DNA from: Candidatus Magasanikbacteria bacterium RIFOXYD1_FULL_40_23
GTDB taxonomy: Bacteria > Patescibacteriota > Patescibacteriia > Magasanikbacterales > GWA2-37-8
DNA: 64,000 bases
Assembly: GCA_001783215.1 (NCBI GenBank)
Contig: MFRA01000006.1
Location: forward strand, 57,968 to 121,967
Direction: 5' to 3'
A model generated the notes under the pieces. That model was not told the origin of the DNA and did not search any database. It saw only the letters and a list, made by a program, of their open reading frames with translations. This document shows positions 38,572 to 49,100 of this stretch, piece by piece. The position numbers and the translations under genes were made by a program. Within the stretch, counting starts at the first letter, position 1; each line of letters starts with the position of its first letter.

Positions 38572-38674
38572 CAGTTAGAGCGTATCCCACGACGTTTTTT
38601 TGCTGTTTTGCCTAACTTGCAAAAGCTCGAATTTTCATGTAGTATAAGCATACTTAAATTATCTGGATTTTATT

Positions 38675-39280
38675 ATGGTTGATAGCCAAAAACCTAGTTT
38701 TAAACAGTCTCTTTTAATGGCCTTTGGCAGCATTGGTTTATTTTTATTAGAGCTTATAAAAGTAGCTGTTTTGGCTGGTGTGACCATTGCTTTAGTCCGA
38801 TATTTTTTATTCAAGCCCTTTTATGTAAAAGGCGCCTCTATGGAGCCTAATTTTTTTGATAAAGAATATTTGATTATAGATGAATTGAGCTATCGTTTAC
38901 GCGCACCGCAAAGAGGAGAAGTGGTAGTGTTCAAATATCCAGAAAATCCAAAAGAATATTTCTTAAAAAGAATAATTGCCTTGCCAGGTGAAAGAGTAAA
39001 AGTTTCCGAAGGGCAAATTACTATTTATAATCAAGAGCACCCAGAGGGTGTGATTTTAGATGAATCATATTTACCAGACGATTTACTTACCAGTGGCGAC
39101 AGATCTTTTGCACCTTTAACACAAGATCAATATTTTGTAATGGGGGATAATCGACCAAACAGTTATGATTCTCGTCGTTTTGGCGCAGTAGACAAAAGTT
39201 TGGTTGTTGGCAAAGTTTTTTTTAGAGGTTGGCCTTTCAGTCGCGCACAATTTATTTCCGAACCAGATTTAAATATTTAA
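38675..39280 (+). CDS. lepB: signal peptidase I
   Basis: N-terminal TM. Catalytic Ser in 'GASMEPNF', Lys region, and box E 'GDNRPNSYDSR'. Confidence 0.85.
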   Translation: MVDSQKPSFKQSLLMAFGSIGLFLLELIKVAVLAGVTIALVRYFLFKPFYVKGASMEPNFFDKEYLIIDELSYRLRAPQRGEVVVFKYPENPKEYFLKRIIALPGERVKVSEGQITIYNQEHPEGVILDESYLPDDLLTSGDRSFAPLTQDQYFVMGDNRPNSYDSRRFGAVDKSLVVGKVFFRGWPFSRAQFISEPDLNI

Positions 39281-39337
39281 ACTAACAAAATTCACGATTC
39301 ACGTATCATGATACAGGTGTATCCTGCTATATGAATC

Positions 39338-40768
39338 ATGTATTATGAACTAATTATGCCAAAGCAGAAAAAAATAGAAAAGAAAAAATTTGTAAAAAAA
39401 CCAAAATCAGAAAAGCCAAAAGCTCACGCTGAATCTGGTGCAGCAGAACGAGGTAAAAAATCCTACGCTTTGCTTCGTGGTATGCATGACATTTTGCCTA
39501 AAGAAGAAAAGTATTGGAAAGCTGCCTATCACACCGCCGAAAATTTAGCTGAGCATTTTCAGTTTGGTCGTATAGAAAGTCCGCTTCTAGAAGAGGCTAG
39601 CATGTTTGTTCGTTCCATTGGTAAAGGTACAGATGTGGTAGATAAAGAAATGTATATCTTTGAAGACCGTGATGGAAACAAGGTTGCGCTCCGCCCAGAA
39701 GAAACTGCTTCTGTTGTGCGTGCATACATTATGCATGGCATGTGGAATATGGTTCAGCCAGTCAAAATGTGGTACTGGGGATCTATGTTTAGGTACGACC
39801 GCCCACAAGCTGGTAGATTTAGACAATTTAACCAGGTAGGCTTTGAAATTTTAGGAGATGCCGATCCGGTGCAGGATGCGGAATTAATTTTAATTGCTCA
39901 TAATTTTTATAAAGACTTAGGTTTGCCGGTTGAGATTCACATAAACAGCATTGGTGTTCCAGAAGAAAGACAAAAGTATAAAACAGCTTTGGTGGAGTAT
40001 TACCGTAGTAAGCGCAGTTATTTGTGCGATGATTGCAAGCAAAGATTAAACAAGAATCCATTACGTCTTCTTGATTGTAAACAAGAAAGATGTCTCCCGA
40101 TAAAAGAAGAAGCTCCACAAATTATTGCTTGGCTAGAAGAAGAATCCAAAAACCACTTCATGAAAGTTTTGGAATATTTGGATGAGCTATCTGTTCCGTA
40201 CGTTCTAAAATCTACACTTGTTCGTGGTTTGGATTATTACACCCGCACCGTTTTTGAAGTTTATCCGGTTATGCCAGAAGGAGATGAGTCTGCGCTTGGC
40301 GCCCAAAGCGCTTTGGGCGGTGGCGGACGTTACGATTTGCTTGTAGAAGAAATGGGAGGCAAGTCTGCTCCAGCTGTAGGGTTTTCTTTGGGGGTAGAGA
40401 GATCGGTTTCGGCTCTTAAGCAATATCTAGATGCTCAACAAATTAAATTTCCAACACAGCAGGTAGATGTATTTTTGGCGCAGCTTGGAGATCAGGCTCG
40501 TCGCCGCGCGCTTAAGACCATAAATGAGTTGCGAACTTCCGGGGTGAAGGTTGCTTATAACTTTTCCAAGAACTCATTAAAGAGTCAGTTGGAAACAGCC
40601 AACAATTTACAAGTTCCTTATGCTCTTATTTTGGGTCAAAAAGAAGTTCAGGATGGCACAATTATTATCCGAGATATGGAATCAGGCGTCCAAGAAATTG
40701 TTGATCAGAAGAAAGTTGAGCACTTGCTCAAAAAGAAATTATCTCGGTTTGACGTTAATGCAAAATAA
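39338..40768 (+). CDS. hisS: histidine--tRNA ligase with a Lys-rich N-terminal extension
   Basis: Class II motifs ('YYTRTVFEV', 'GGGRYD') and a C-terminal anticodon-binding domain. About 40-aa K-rich leader 'MPKQKKIEKKKFVKKPKSEKPK'. An alternative start lies at 39356. Confidence 0.85.
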   Translation: MYYELIMPKQKKIEKKKFVKKPKSEKPKAHAESGAAERGKKSYALLRGMHDILPKEEKYWKAAYHTAENLAEHFQFGRIESPLLEEASMFVRSIGKGTDVVDKEMYIFEDRDGNKVALRPEETASVVRAYIMHGMWNMVQPVKMWYWGSMFRYDRPQAGRFRQFNQVGFEILGDADPVQDAELILIAHNFYKDLGLPVEIHINSIGVPEERQKYKTALVEYYRSKRSYLCDDCKQRLNKNPLRLLDCKQERCLPIKEEAPQIIAWLEEESKNHFMKVLEYLDELSVPYVLKSTLVRGLDYYTRTVFEVYPVMPEGDESALGAQSALGGGGRYDLLVEEMGGKSAPAVGFSLGVERSVSALKQYLDAQQIKFPTQQVDVFLAQLGDQARRRALKTINELRTSGVKVAYNFSKNSLKSQLETANNLQVPYALILGQKEVQDGTIIIRDMESGVQEIVDQKKVEHLLKKKLSRFDVNAK

Positions 40769-40825
40769 TAGTATTATTAATATGTTATTATATATTAAAT
40801 ATAATTTAGAAAGTGAGGTGAACTT

Positions 40826-41065
40826 GTGTCAGAAGTAAAACGAAAGAAAAGTGAGTCTTTTGAAGCTTTTTTGCGTAGAGTAAAGAAGCGTTGGCAGCAA
40901 TCCGGCAAAATTCTACAAGTCAAAAAAATTCAATTCTACGAACGACCAAAGAATAAAAACATGCGCAAAAAAAGCGCCCTACATCGTTTGGCTGTTTCCC
41001 AAAAGATTGAATACTTGAAGAAAATCGGCCAGATGCCAGAAGAGACAAAGAGGTTCGGAAGATAA
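40826..41065 (+). CDS. rpsU: 30S ribosomal protein S21
   Basis: 79 aa, basic. 'SFEAFLRRVKKRWQQSGKILQVKKIQFYERP' matches the bS21 pattern (ALRRFKR...EVRRREFYEKP). Confidence 0.6.
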   Translation: MSEVKRKKSESFEAFLRRVKKRWQQSGKILQVKKIQFYERPKNKNMRKKSALHRLAVSQKIEYLKKIGQMPEETKRFGR

Positions 41066-41086
41066 TTTAACTTTTTCCATTGTCCC

Positions 41087-43111
41087 ATGCTTCAATGGAT
41101 GCGAGAAAAATTTGTTCTAACTCTGAAAATCGCCATAACTACGATTGTGTTTTTATTGGCGATTTTTAGTTTCTCGCCCCCAGCTCACGCCCAAAGCATA
41201 GCCGATGCAGATAGTGAATTGCAAACCGGTGTACAGGTTATCAATCAGCCCTTAGGCCTCGCCTCTACCGACATTAGATTGGTAGTAGCCAGAATAATTC
41301 GCGTGGCTTTAGGATTTCTTGGTACCGTAGCTTTAGCCCTGATGATTTATGCCGGTTATTTGTGGATGACAGCCGGTGGAAATGAAAGTCAGATAGAAGA
41401 TGCAAAAAGAGTTTTAATAAATGCAGCTATTGGTTTGGCTATTATTCTTAGCGCATACGCTATTGTTAGTTTTGTAATTAGCAAATTAGTAGACGCTACT
41501 TTGGGTAATGGTTTTGGAGGAGATAATTTAGTTTTAGAACCACCAATATCAGAAAATTTCCAGGGCAGCGGCGCGTTGGGTCAGATTGTAAAGGATCATT
41601 ACCCTTCACGAGACCAATCCGAAGTTCCTAGAAACACTCGAATTATTGTTAGTTTCCGCCAGCCAGTTAGGTTGGATAGTTTCGTAGACGACACTACCGG
41701 CGATGGTGTGCTTGGAAATTGTAGAACTACTGTGGCAAATTGGTATAACGATTGCGATAGATTACGAAATGTGAGTGATAATTTAATAAATATTAAGCGC
41801 GCAGACAATAACGAGAGTATTTTTGGTGCAGTTGTTTTGGGTACAGTTACAACCGAAAATAATATTACCGGTGTATATACGATAGTGATTAAGCCTATTA
41901 CAGACGCAGCCAATCCTGGCGGAGGATACTTGGGTAGTACCAACGAACCAGTTAGCTACATTGTTCATATGGGTCCAGGCATGTTGTTAGATGATCCTGC
42001 CAACAATAACCCTTCTGTATTTAGAGCAACTATTTTGGGTAACAATTATTATGAATGGAGATTTACAAATGGCACAGCCCTAGATATTTCTCCTCCAACT
42101 GTAACGAGTGTATTTCCAGAAGACGGAACTACCGAAGATAAAAATAGTGTATTGCAAATTAATTTTAATGAACCAGTAGACCCAATTGGTATTACTGGCA
42201 GATTTAATCAGGGAGCTGGCCACTATTATTTAGATGGTCAAAATGTTTTTCTAAAATCAAATAACAGCGCTTTGCCCCAAGGTAATTTTAGTTTAACCAA
42301 TGGTTACCGTACTTTGGAATTTGCGCCTTCGCAAGAATGCGGAAGAAATGCTTGTGGAAATAGAGTGTTTTGTTTACCTGTTTGTGATGTGGCCGGTGCC
42401 AATTGTACTCAGGATGGCTACGAAGTGCTGCTGCGCGCAGCCAGAACAATAAATGCAGGCTCGTTCGAATCTCAACCGTTTTCCGGTATTACTGATTTAG
42501 CTGGCAATGCTTTGGATGGAAATAGAAATAATATTCCAAATAACGCACCTACCACTTTGCCGATTTTCCCAAATCAAAAACAACCAGATAACTATTTCTG
42601 GGATTTTACAATACGAAATCAAATAAATACCTCCTCTCCATTTATACAAACTATCGTACCGGGAGTTGATGCGCAAAATATTAGCCGCAACCAAGAGTTG
42701 AGCATGACATTTAATAAAAGAATGCGTGCAGAAACAATGTATAATATTGGTTTAGAAGAACAGCCAACGCATCCGGTTCCTATTTGGAGAGTGCCTTCTG
42801 TTTTGTTTAATGAAGACGATACTACTTATACACGATTAGGTCATGGACCGTTTTTGGATGCAATAAGACAGTATTATTTTACAGTAGTTAGCTCTACTGT
42901 AGAGGATGTTCATTTTAATTGTTTTTATCCTGGCAAGGGTCCGAGAATGACAGTAATTCCAAATACTGTTATTTCTCCAAATTGTGAAGATTCAAATCCG
43001 CAGAATTGTTGCCAAGTAATAAATGATCAAAACAGTGATTTTTGTTGCAATGGCTCAGCTGGTCCAAATATGTCGGCCTGTATGGATTATTTAAGACAAA
43101 ATAGTATTTAA
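41087..43111 (+). CDS. large secreted protein (674 aa): signal peptide + VirB2/TrbC-like two-TM 'T4SS pilin' module + Big/Ig-like extracellular domains
   Basis: Signal 'IFSFSPPAHAQS'. Pilin-like module 'IIRVALGFLGTVALALMIYAGYLWMTAGGNESQIEDAKRVLINAAIGLAIILSAYAIVSFVISKL'. Big-like domain 'PPTVTSVFPEDGTTEDKNSVLQINFNEPVD'. Cys-rich C-terminus. Confidence 0.75.
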   Translation: MLQWMREKFVLTLKIAITTIVFLLAIFSFSPPAHAQSIADADSELQTGVQVINQPLGLASTDIRLVVARIIRVALGFLGTVALALMIYAGYLWMTAGGNESQIEDAKRVLINAAIGLAIILSAYAIVSFVISKLVDATLGNGFGGDNLVLEPPISENFQGSGALGQIVKDHYPSRDQSEVPRNTRIIVSFRQPVRLDSFVDDTTGDGVLGNCRTTVANWYNDCDRLRNVSDNLINIKRADNNESIFGAVVLGTVTTENNITGVYTIVIKPITDAANPGGGYLGSTNEPVSYIVHMGPGMLLDDPANNNPSVFRATILGNNYYEWRFTNGTALDISPPTVTSVFPEDGTTEDKNSVLQINFNEPVDPIGITGRFNQGAGHYYLDGQNVFLKSNNSALPQGNFSLTNGYRTLEFAPSQECGRNACGNRVFCLPVCDVAGANCTQDGYEVLLRAARTINAGSFESQPFSGITDLAGNALDGNRNNIPNNAPTTLPIFPNQKQPDNYFWDFTIRNQINTSSPFIQTIVPGVDAQNISRNQELSMTFNKRMRAETMYNIGLEEQPTHPVPIWRVPSVLFNEDDTTYTRLGHGPFLDAIRQYYFTVVSSTVEDVHFNCFYPGKGPRMTVIPNTVISPNCEDSNPQNCCQVINDQNSDFCCNGSAGPNMSACMDYLRQNSI

Positions 43112-43128
43112 GGAGTAAAATTAGAGGA

Positions 43129-46100
43129 GTGGAAATTATGGAAAAAAATAAGTTTAAAAAAATAATAATTGCATCTTTATTCTCGGTTTTGGTAACCGGT
43201 AGTTTGTTTTTTCTAAAAGATTTAGTTTTTGCTCAAACTATAAGTAGTACAGAATTGGGATTGGGTCAAATAGAAGCGCCTCTTGGATTGCCATCTACAG
43301 ATATCAGAATAGTGGTGGCTAGAATTATTCGTGTTGCGTTAAGCTTGCTCGGAACAGTAGCGCTAGTTCTAATGTTGTATGCAGGGTTTGTCTGGATGAC
43401 TGCCGGTGGAGAGGCTTCAAAAATTGAAGACGCAAAAAAAATAATGGTTAATGCCGCTATTGGTTTGGCTATTATTTTGTCTGCTTATGCAATTACAAGT
43501 TTTGTAATTAGTAAATTAGTAGATGCCACAACGGGTGGGCCGGGAAGTGGTACAGGTGGGCCAGGGCCAGGGGATAACCCATATCTTCCACCTGGAATTT
43601 TTTATGTTGATAATTTGCCGCAAGGTGGACAAATGTGTATTCGCAATGTTCACCCAGCAATCACATTTAATAGGCAGGTAGATTTGGCCACTCTCAGTGG
43701 CAATTTAGTAGTGAGAGAAGCTAATGGCAATGTATATCCGGGGCAGTGGCAGTCATTGGGTCAGAATACCGTAGCATTTGTACCAACCGGAGATTGTGGC
43801 GGCGGTCCAGCCGACTGTTTTGCGCCTTCTACAACCTATAATGTGCATTTCCAAAATGCAGCTTCAATCAGGTCTAGCGAGGGCAATCTTACGCTTAATT
43901 GTACATTTAGAGCGGGTTGTGGAGATGTACAATTTATTACCGGCAATGGCGTAGATAGAACCGCTCCTCAGGTAAGAATAGAGCCTATTTCTAGTGATTT
44001 ATTGCGTGTTGGCACAACCGTACCAGTGGTGGTTAGTTATACCGACGACAACGGCGTGCAAAAGATAGATTTATCGGCTGATACTTATTTTGTTGGCAGT
44101 CAAACAGTATCGGGTTGTCAAAGCACAGGCTCTGTTACTATAAATTGGCCGACAGTTGGAATTCCTACCGGCCAGCATACTTTATATGCTACAGGTTTTG
44201 ATTGGTCTGCATTAAATTACACCACTTCTACAAATGTTAATCTGTTACCGCAACATTGTTTTGATAATGCCTTGCAAGCAGATTTGGGTGAAGTTCGGGT
44301 AGGCCCACCAGCTTGTGGAGGAGAATGTGGTGCTTGTTCTGGTACGCCTTGTACCAATAATACTCAATGTGCCAGCGGGTACTGTGATACGCTTTCAGGA
44401 GTTTGTGTAGATAGAATGAGGATAAATGGTGTTTCTCCTCTTACCGGCGGGCCAGGGACATTTGTTTCTATTTCAGGAAATTATTTTGGTAACACACCCG
44501 GTAGAGTTTTTATAAATAATGTACTAGCACCTTTGGCGCCTTGCGGAGGAAGTGCTTGGTTGCCATGGCAAATAATTACAGAAGTGCCTGCGGGTGCAAG
44601 TACCGGTCCGATTAGAGTAGAAACTGCCACTAGTAGTGGTACAAGTTTTGTAGATTCTACCAACGATGCCTTTGGTCCGATGATTAGTAATTTTACAGTT
44701 GACAATGTTGTTCGTCCTGGTTTGTGCGGTGCTACTCCAGCCAACGGCTTGCCTGGTTCAGAAACTTCTCTTTCCGGCAGGCGTTTGGGTAATTCTCCAG
44801 GGCAAGTATCTTTTGGTATAAACAATGTAGTAGTAAGTTTGGCAAACTGGGCAGATACTTTGGTGCGAGCCAGGGTACCAATGGGTGAAGTTGGTCCGGT
44901 AGCAGTAAAAGTTATTCAAAATAATGTAGAAAGTAATAGTATTAGATTTTTTGTAGAGCAAGGGGTTAGCGATTCTGTGGCAGTAATTTCTAGCGTATCC
45001 CCAGATCATGGGGCTAGGGGAGAGTATATTACTATTACCGGTAATAATTTTGGTAATCAAATAGGAAGAGTTTGGTTTAAAGAAAATATTAATGGTCAGC
45101 CAGGAGATGCAATAGATGGTGATTTTAGTTTTCCGCAAGGATGTCAAAGTACCTGGACAAATAATCAGATAATTGTAAAGTTTCCTCTTGGTAGTGGTAC
45201 ACCAGGAAGATCTTATTTTGTGCAGGTACGTCCAGCCGATGCTTCTCAAGGTCCAAGCCCAATAGGTCCCACATTTAATTTAGAAAATGGCCAACCTTCT
45301 CCTGGTATTTGTAATATTAATCCAGTGTCTGGTCCGGTGCCGTTTCCTGGCGCTGCGCCTCGTATGCAAATTGTTGGAGAGTATTTCGGCGCAACCCCAG
45401 CTGTTTATTTTTGGACAGAAGGCGCTTCGCCAACCGCTATAACTGGTCGTTTATTGTCCGGTTTAGCCACGGTTACCAATTTAGTTGTTGGACAATCTAT
45501 TTCCACAGAACCTCCAGCCGGTACTCGTACCGGTCCGGTAGTTGTATTTAGAAGTTCAGATAATAAAATAAGCAATCCGGCAAATTTTTCTGTATTAGAC
45601 TGCGTAAGAAATAATAATACTTGTACAGCTCCAAATACCCATTGTTGTGTGTCTGGCGCAGAAGCTGGGTTGTGTCGACCAACTAACCAGCTGTGTGCAG
45701 GAGAAACCATTACGGCTGGATATATTTGGCGTTTTAGTACCAGAGATATTCCACCGGTTCCTCGTGTAGTAGAAAGATGTAATAACAATACAGATTTAGG
45801 ACTAAATATTCCTAGCCCATCCCCAAGTATTTTATGGGATTCTTCTGCTGGTGACCCTCATCATAATGTTTGTCGAAGCGCTACTGTCGTAACAGAATTT
45901 AGTTTGCCAAACATAAACAATATTGCTAGAACCAATTTATTAGTTAATGAATGCCAGGCAGACACAATAAATGAAACATCTAGAACATGTACAGTTGCAC
46001 AAGTAGTGCCTATGGCAGGTGCTGGGGATTTTGTGCCGCAACTTAGCACAGAAAATACAAGTTATTTAGAATTAAATCCAGACGCTACTTATAATACAGG

Positions 46101-49100
46101 CAAGTGGAAAGATAATACTTGGTATCAGGTGGTGTTAAGGTCTGCAATAAGTTCAGGTACCGGCACCTCCACTGCTTTTTTGGCGCAAGACAAGCCTTGT
46201 GGTCCGGGATCTTCATACTGTTTTGTGTTCCGATCGGATTCTCAGGATTGTAGAATGAGAAGTGTGGTAATAACGCCGTATACTTATTGGACTTCGGTTT
46301 TGGAAGCTCCTATTAAGAAAAGAAATAGCGTAGATGATGTAGGTGTTGATGTGGTTTATAATGGTCACGGTTTGAGCACACAACATTGTGTTATGATGAA
46401 TACAGATGCGTTTGCTTGGTCCTGGGATACCAGTAACCCGACTTACTCAAGTCTTTTTGTCACAGATAATTCTTGGGCCAAATTTGCGGCCTGGGCTAAT
46501 ACGGTGGGTGTTGGTTTAGTTAACCCAAATAATGCTGTTAATGTAAGAGCTACTGCTAGTCTGGCTTCAGCAAACTATACTGGTGTTAGTTCGCTTACTA
46601 TAGATTTAAATAATCCAGAGGTTGTAGATTTTTGGCCTAAATGTTTGCAGTCATGTACAAATGCCGAAGTGGGTGTTCGTTTTAATACCACCATGTCAAC
46701 CAGAAACCTACCAGGTTCAGCAGTTAGCGGCCCGATTAAATTATTAAGGTGTAATGATGAAAATTGTTTTAACACTACACCAGTACTTTCTTCTTCGGAT
46801 GTAATTTTGGACAGTACCGGTGATTACAGAGTATTAAAATTAGCAAACTCTGTTTCTGGCTCATTAGAGTTGTTGCCAAACACTGTTTACAAAGTTGTCT
46901 TGTCTGTTTCTACAACCAATATTAATTCCCCAGAGTTACTATGGTCGGCAGCTGTTATAGGAGATCCGACTACTTTTTCTAAGCCATATAACAAAGAATT
47001 TAGTTGGAGATTTAAAACCAAAGCAGATAGATGTAGAATTGCCAAGGTAGATGTAACACCAAATATTTTTACAGCTTCTTTTATTACCGATAAAAATATT
47101 TATAGCGCTCAGCCATACTCTTCTCCAGACACTTGTAGTACTCAAGGTCAAAAATTAAATCCTTGGTCTGTTAGTTGGAATTGGAGTTCTGCCCAACCAC
47201 AAGTAGCAAGCATAACCACTTTTAGTTCCAGAGGGAACAATCCTTTCTGCACTTTAAGTTGTACGCGCAAAGGTAGTAGTATTGCAGCCGGTTCTCCGTC
47301 AGTACCAGTTTGTGGAAATAATGTAGTAGAAGCTGGAGAAAATTGCGATTCACCAAATAGAGGCGCTGGCTGTAGTTTGGATTGTCGTAGATTAGGAAAT
47401 ATGAGCAGTTCTACTTGTGGTAATGGTGTTATTGAACCTAACTTGGGAGAAACATGTGATCGCGGTTCTGCTACTTCGTCCATAGGCTGTAGTGATGTTT
47501 GTTTGCACACTGGTTCTTCTAATACCACAGCCCCTGGAGCGGTTAATGCTTCCATTTGTGGAAATGGCATGGTTGGTAGTGGAGAAGATTGTGATGTTGC
47601 AGTTTCGCAGTCTGGAAACACATTATTAAATGGTTTAGTAGGCTGGTGGACTATGGATGCTGCAGATGCAAATGCTACACAAGTCTTTGATAGAAGTGGA
47701 AATAATAATGTTGCAAGTATATTTGGTCCAACAATCGCCACAGGAACGGTCGGCGAAGCAAGGGTTTTTGATGGTGTCGATGATTATCTTTCTCTCCCAA
47801 CACCAAGAGCCAATACCACCACTATTTCTCTGTGGTATAAGACCAATACCATAGTTTTACCTAATAATCATAAAATGTTATTTTCTGGTAGTGTTAATGC
47901 TACTTACATAAGTTTATTTTCAAATGGTGTAGCTAACCCGTTTGTTTCTTTTTGGATTGGAAACACCCAAAGAACATTGAGCAGCGGTGTTCCTTCGGTA
48001 GTAGGCAAATGGACACATGTTATAGTTACTTGGGATGGTGCATTTATTAGGATTTATGTAGATGGAATTCTTAGAAATACTAGCGCCAATTTTTCCGGAG
48101 CTGCTTTAGTCGGCTTAGATTCTGGAGTGGGGTATATTGGTAAGTATCGGGCAAATAACGGTTATGAAACATCTGGCTCTATAGATGATGTGCGAATTTA
48201 TAATCGTGTTCTTTCGGCTGCCGAAATTACTTCCCTTCATCAGTACGGTCAAAATATTATAAATCAATCAACTGGTTGTTCCGAAAGATGTTTGCATTTA
48301 GGTACGCCTATATCTAGTAGTTGGTGTTTTACCAATAATGCTACTCGGGGTGGCTTTTCTCAGACAGACTTTACAGCTGCTTGTAGAAATTCTATTAGTC
48401 GTTGCGGTAATGGTGTGGCCGATCCAGACGAAGATGTTGGTTGTGATTTGGGAGGAGGCAACAAAGCTTCCTGGTGTAATATTTATTGTTTAGCAAACAA
48501 TATTTCTAATCCAGAGTGTGCCGTTGGTGCTGAAGGTTGTAATAGTGTTCGTCAGCATATTGGTTCGTCACTTCTTTACTCAACGCCTTCTCTTTGTGGA
48601 GATGCGGTAGTTGGAATTGGTGAAGATAATTTCTGTGAAACTACTTTGCCAAATACACACACTGGCACTAATCCTTGGGCATTAGTTACCGGAGTAGGAA
48701 GAGGTATTGCTACCGGCGTACCGCCAACTCAAGTTGCATATATTCAAGCCAATACCTCAGATGGAACCGCGAGTGGTCCGGTTGGTGATAGTGGTCAGTT
48801 TGTTATTCCTTGCGGCTATACTTCCGATGCAGAGTGCCAATCTAGAATGGGTGCTGGCTGGGGAGTTGCTACAAACGGTTGTTGTTATTTGCGTCCGCAG
48901 CTAGTTAGCGTTACTCCAGGCAGTACTTCTACAAACCGATTTAATATTTGCCCAAACACTGCCATAGAAGCTTTGTTTGATCAAGATATGGATGTGGGCA
49001 GCGTAATAAATAATGTAGTAGTAGCCCGCGGAACAACGTCTACTTCTTGTGGTGCCAACGAAGATGTCACATCTCTAGCGCTGCTATTAGAAGATGGAAA

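Noticed and set aside
47148-47741. 197-aa minus-strand ORF inside the 2470-aa gene
   Set aside because: Fully embedded antisense to a well-supported CDS, with low-complexity composition. Other internal antisense ORFs (e.g. 7904-8341, 9241-9543, 58207-58707, 59122-59883, 61823-62182) were rejected for the same reason.
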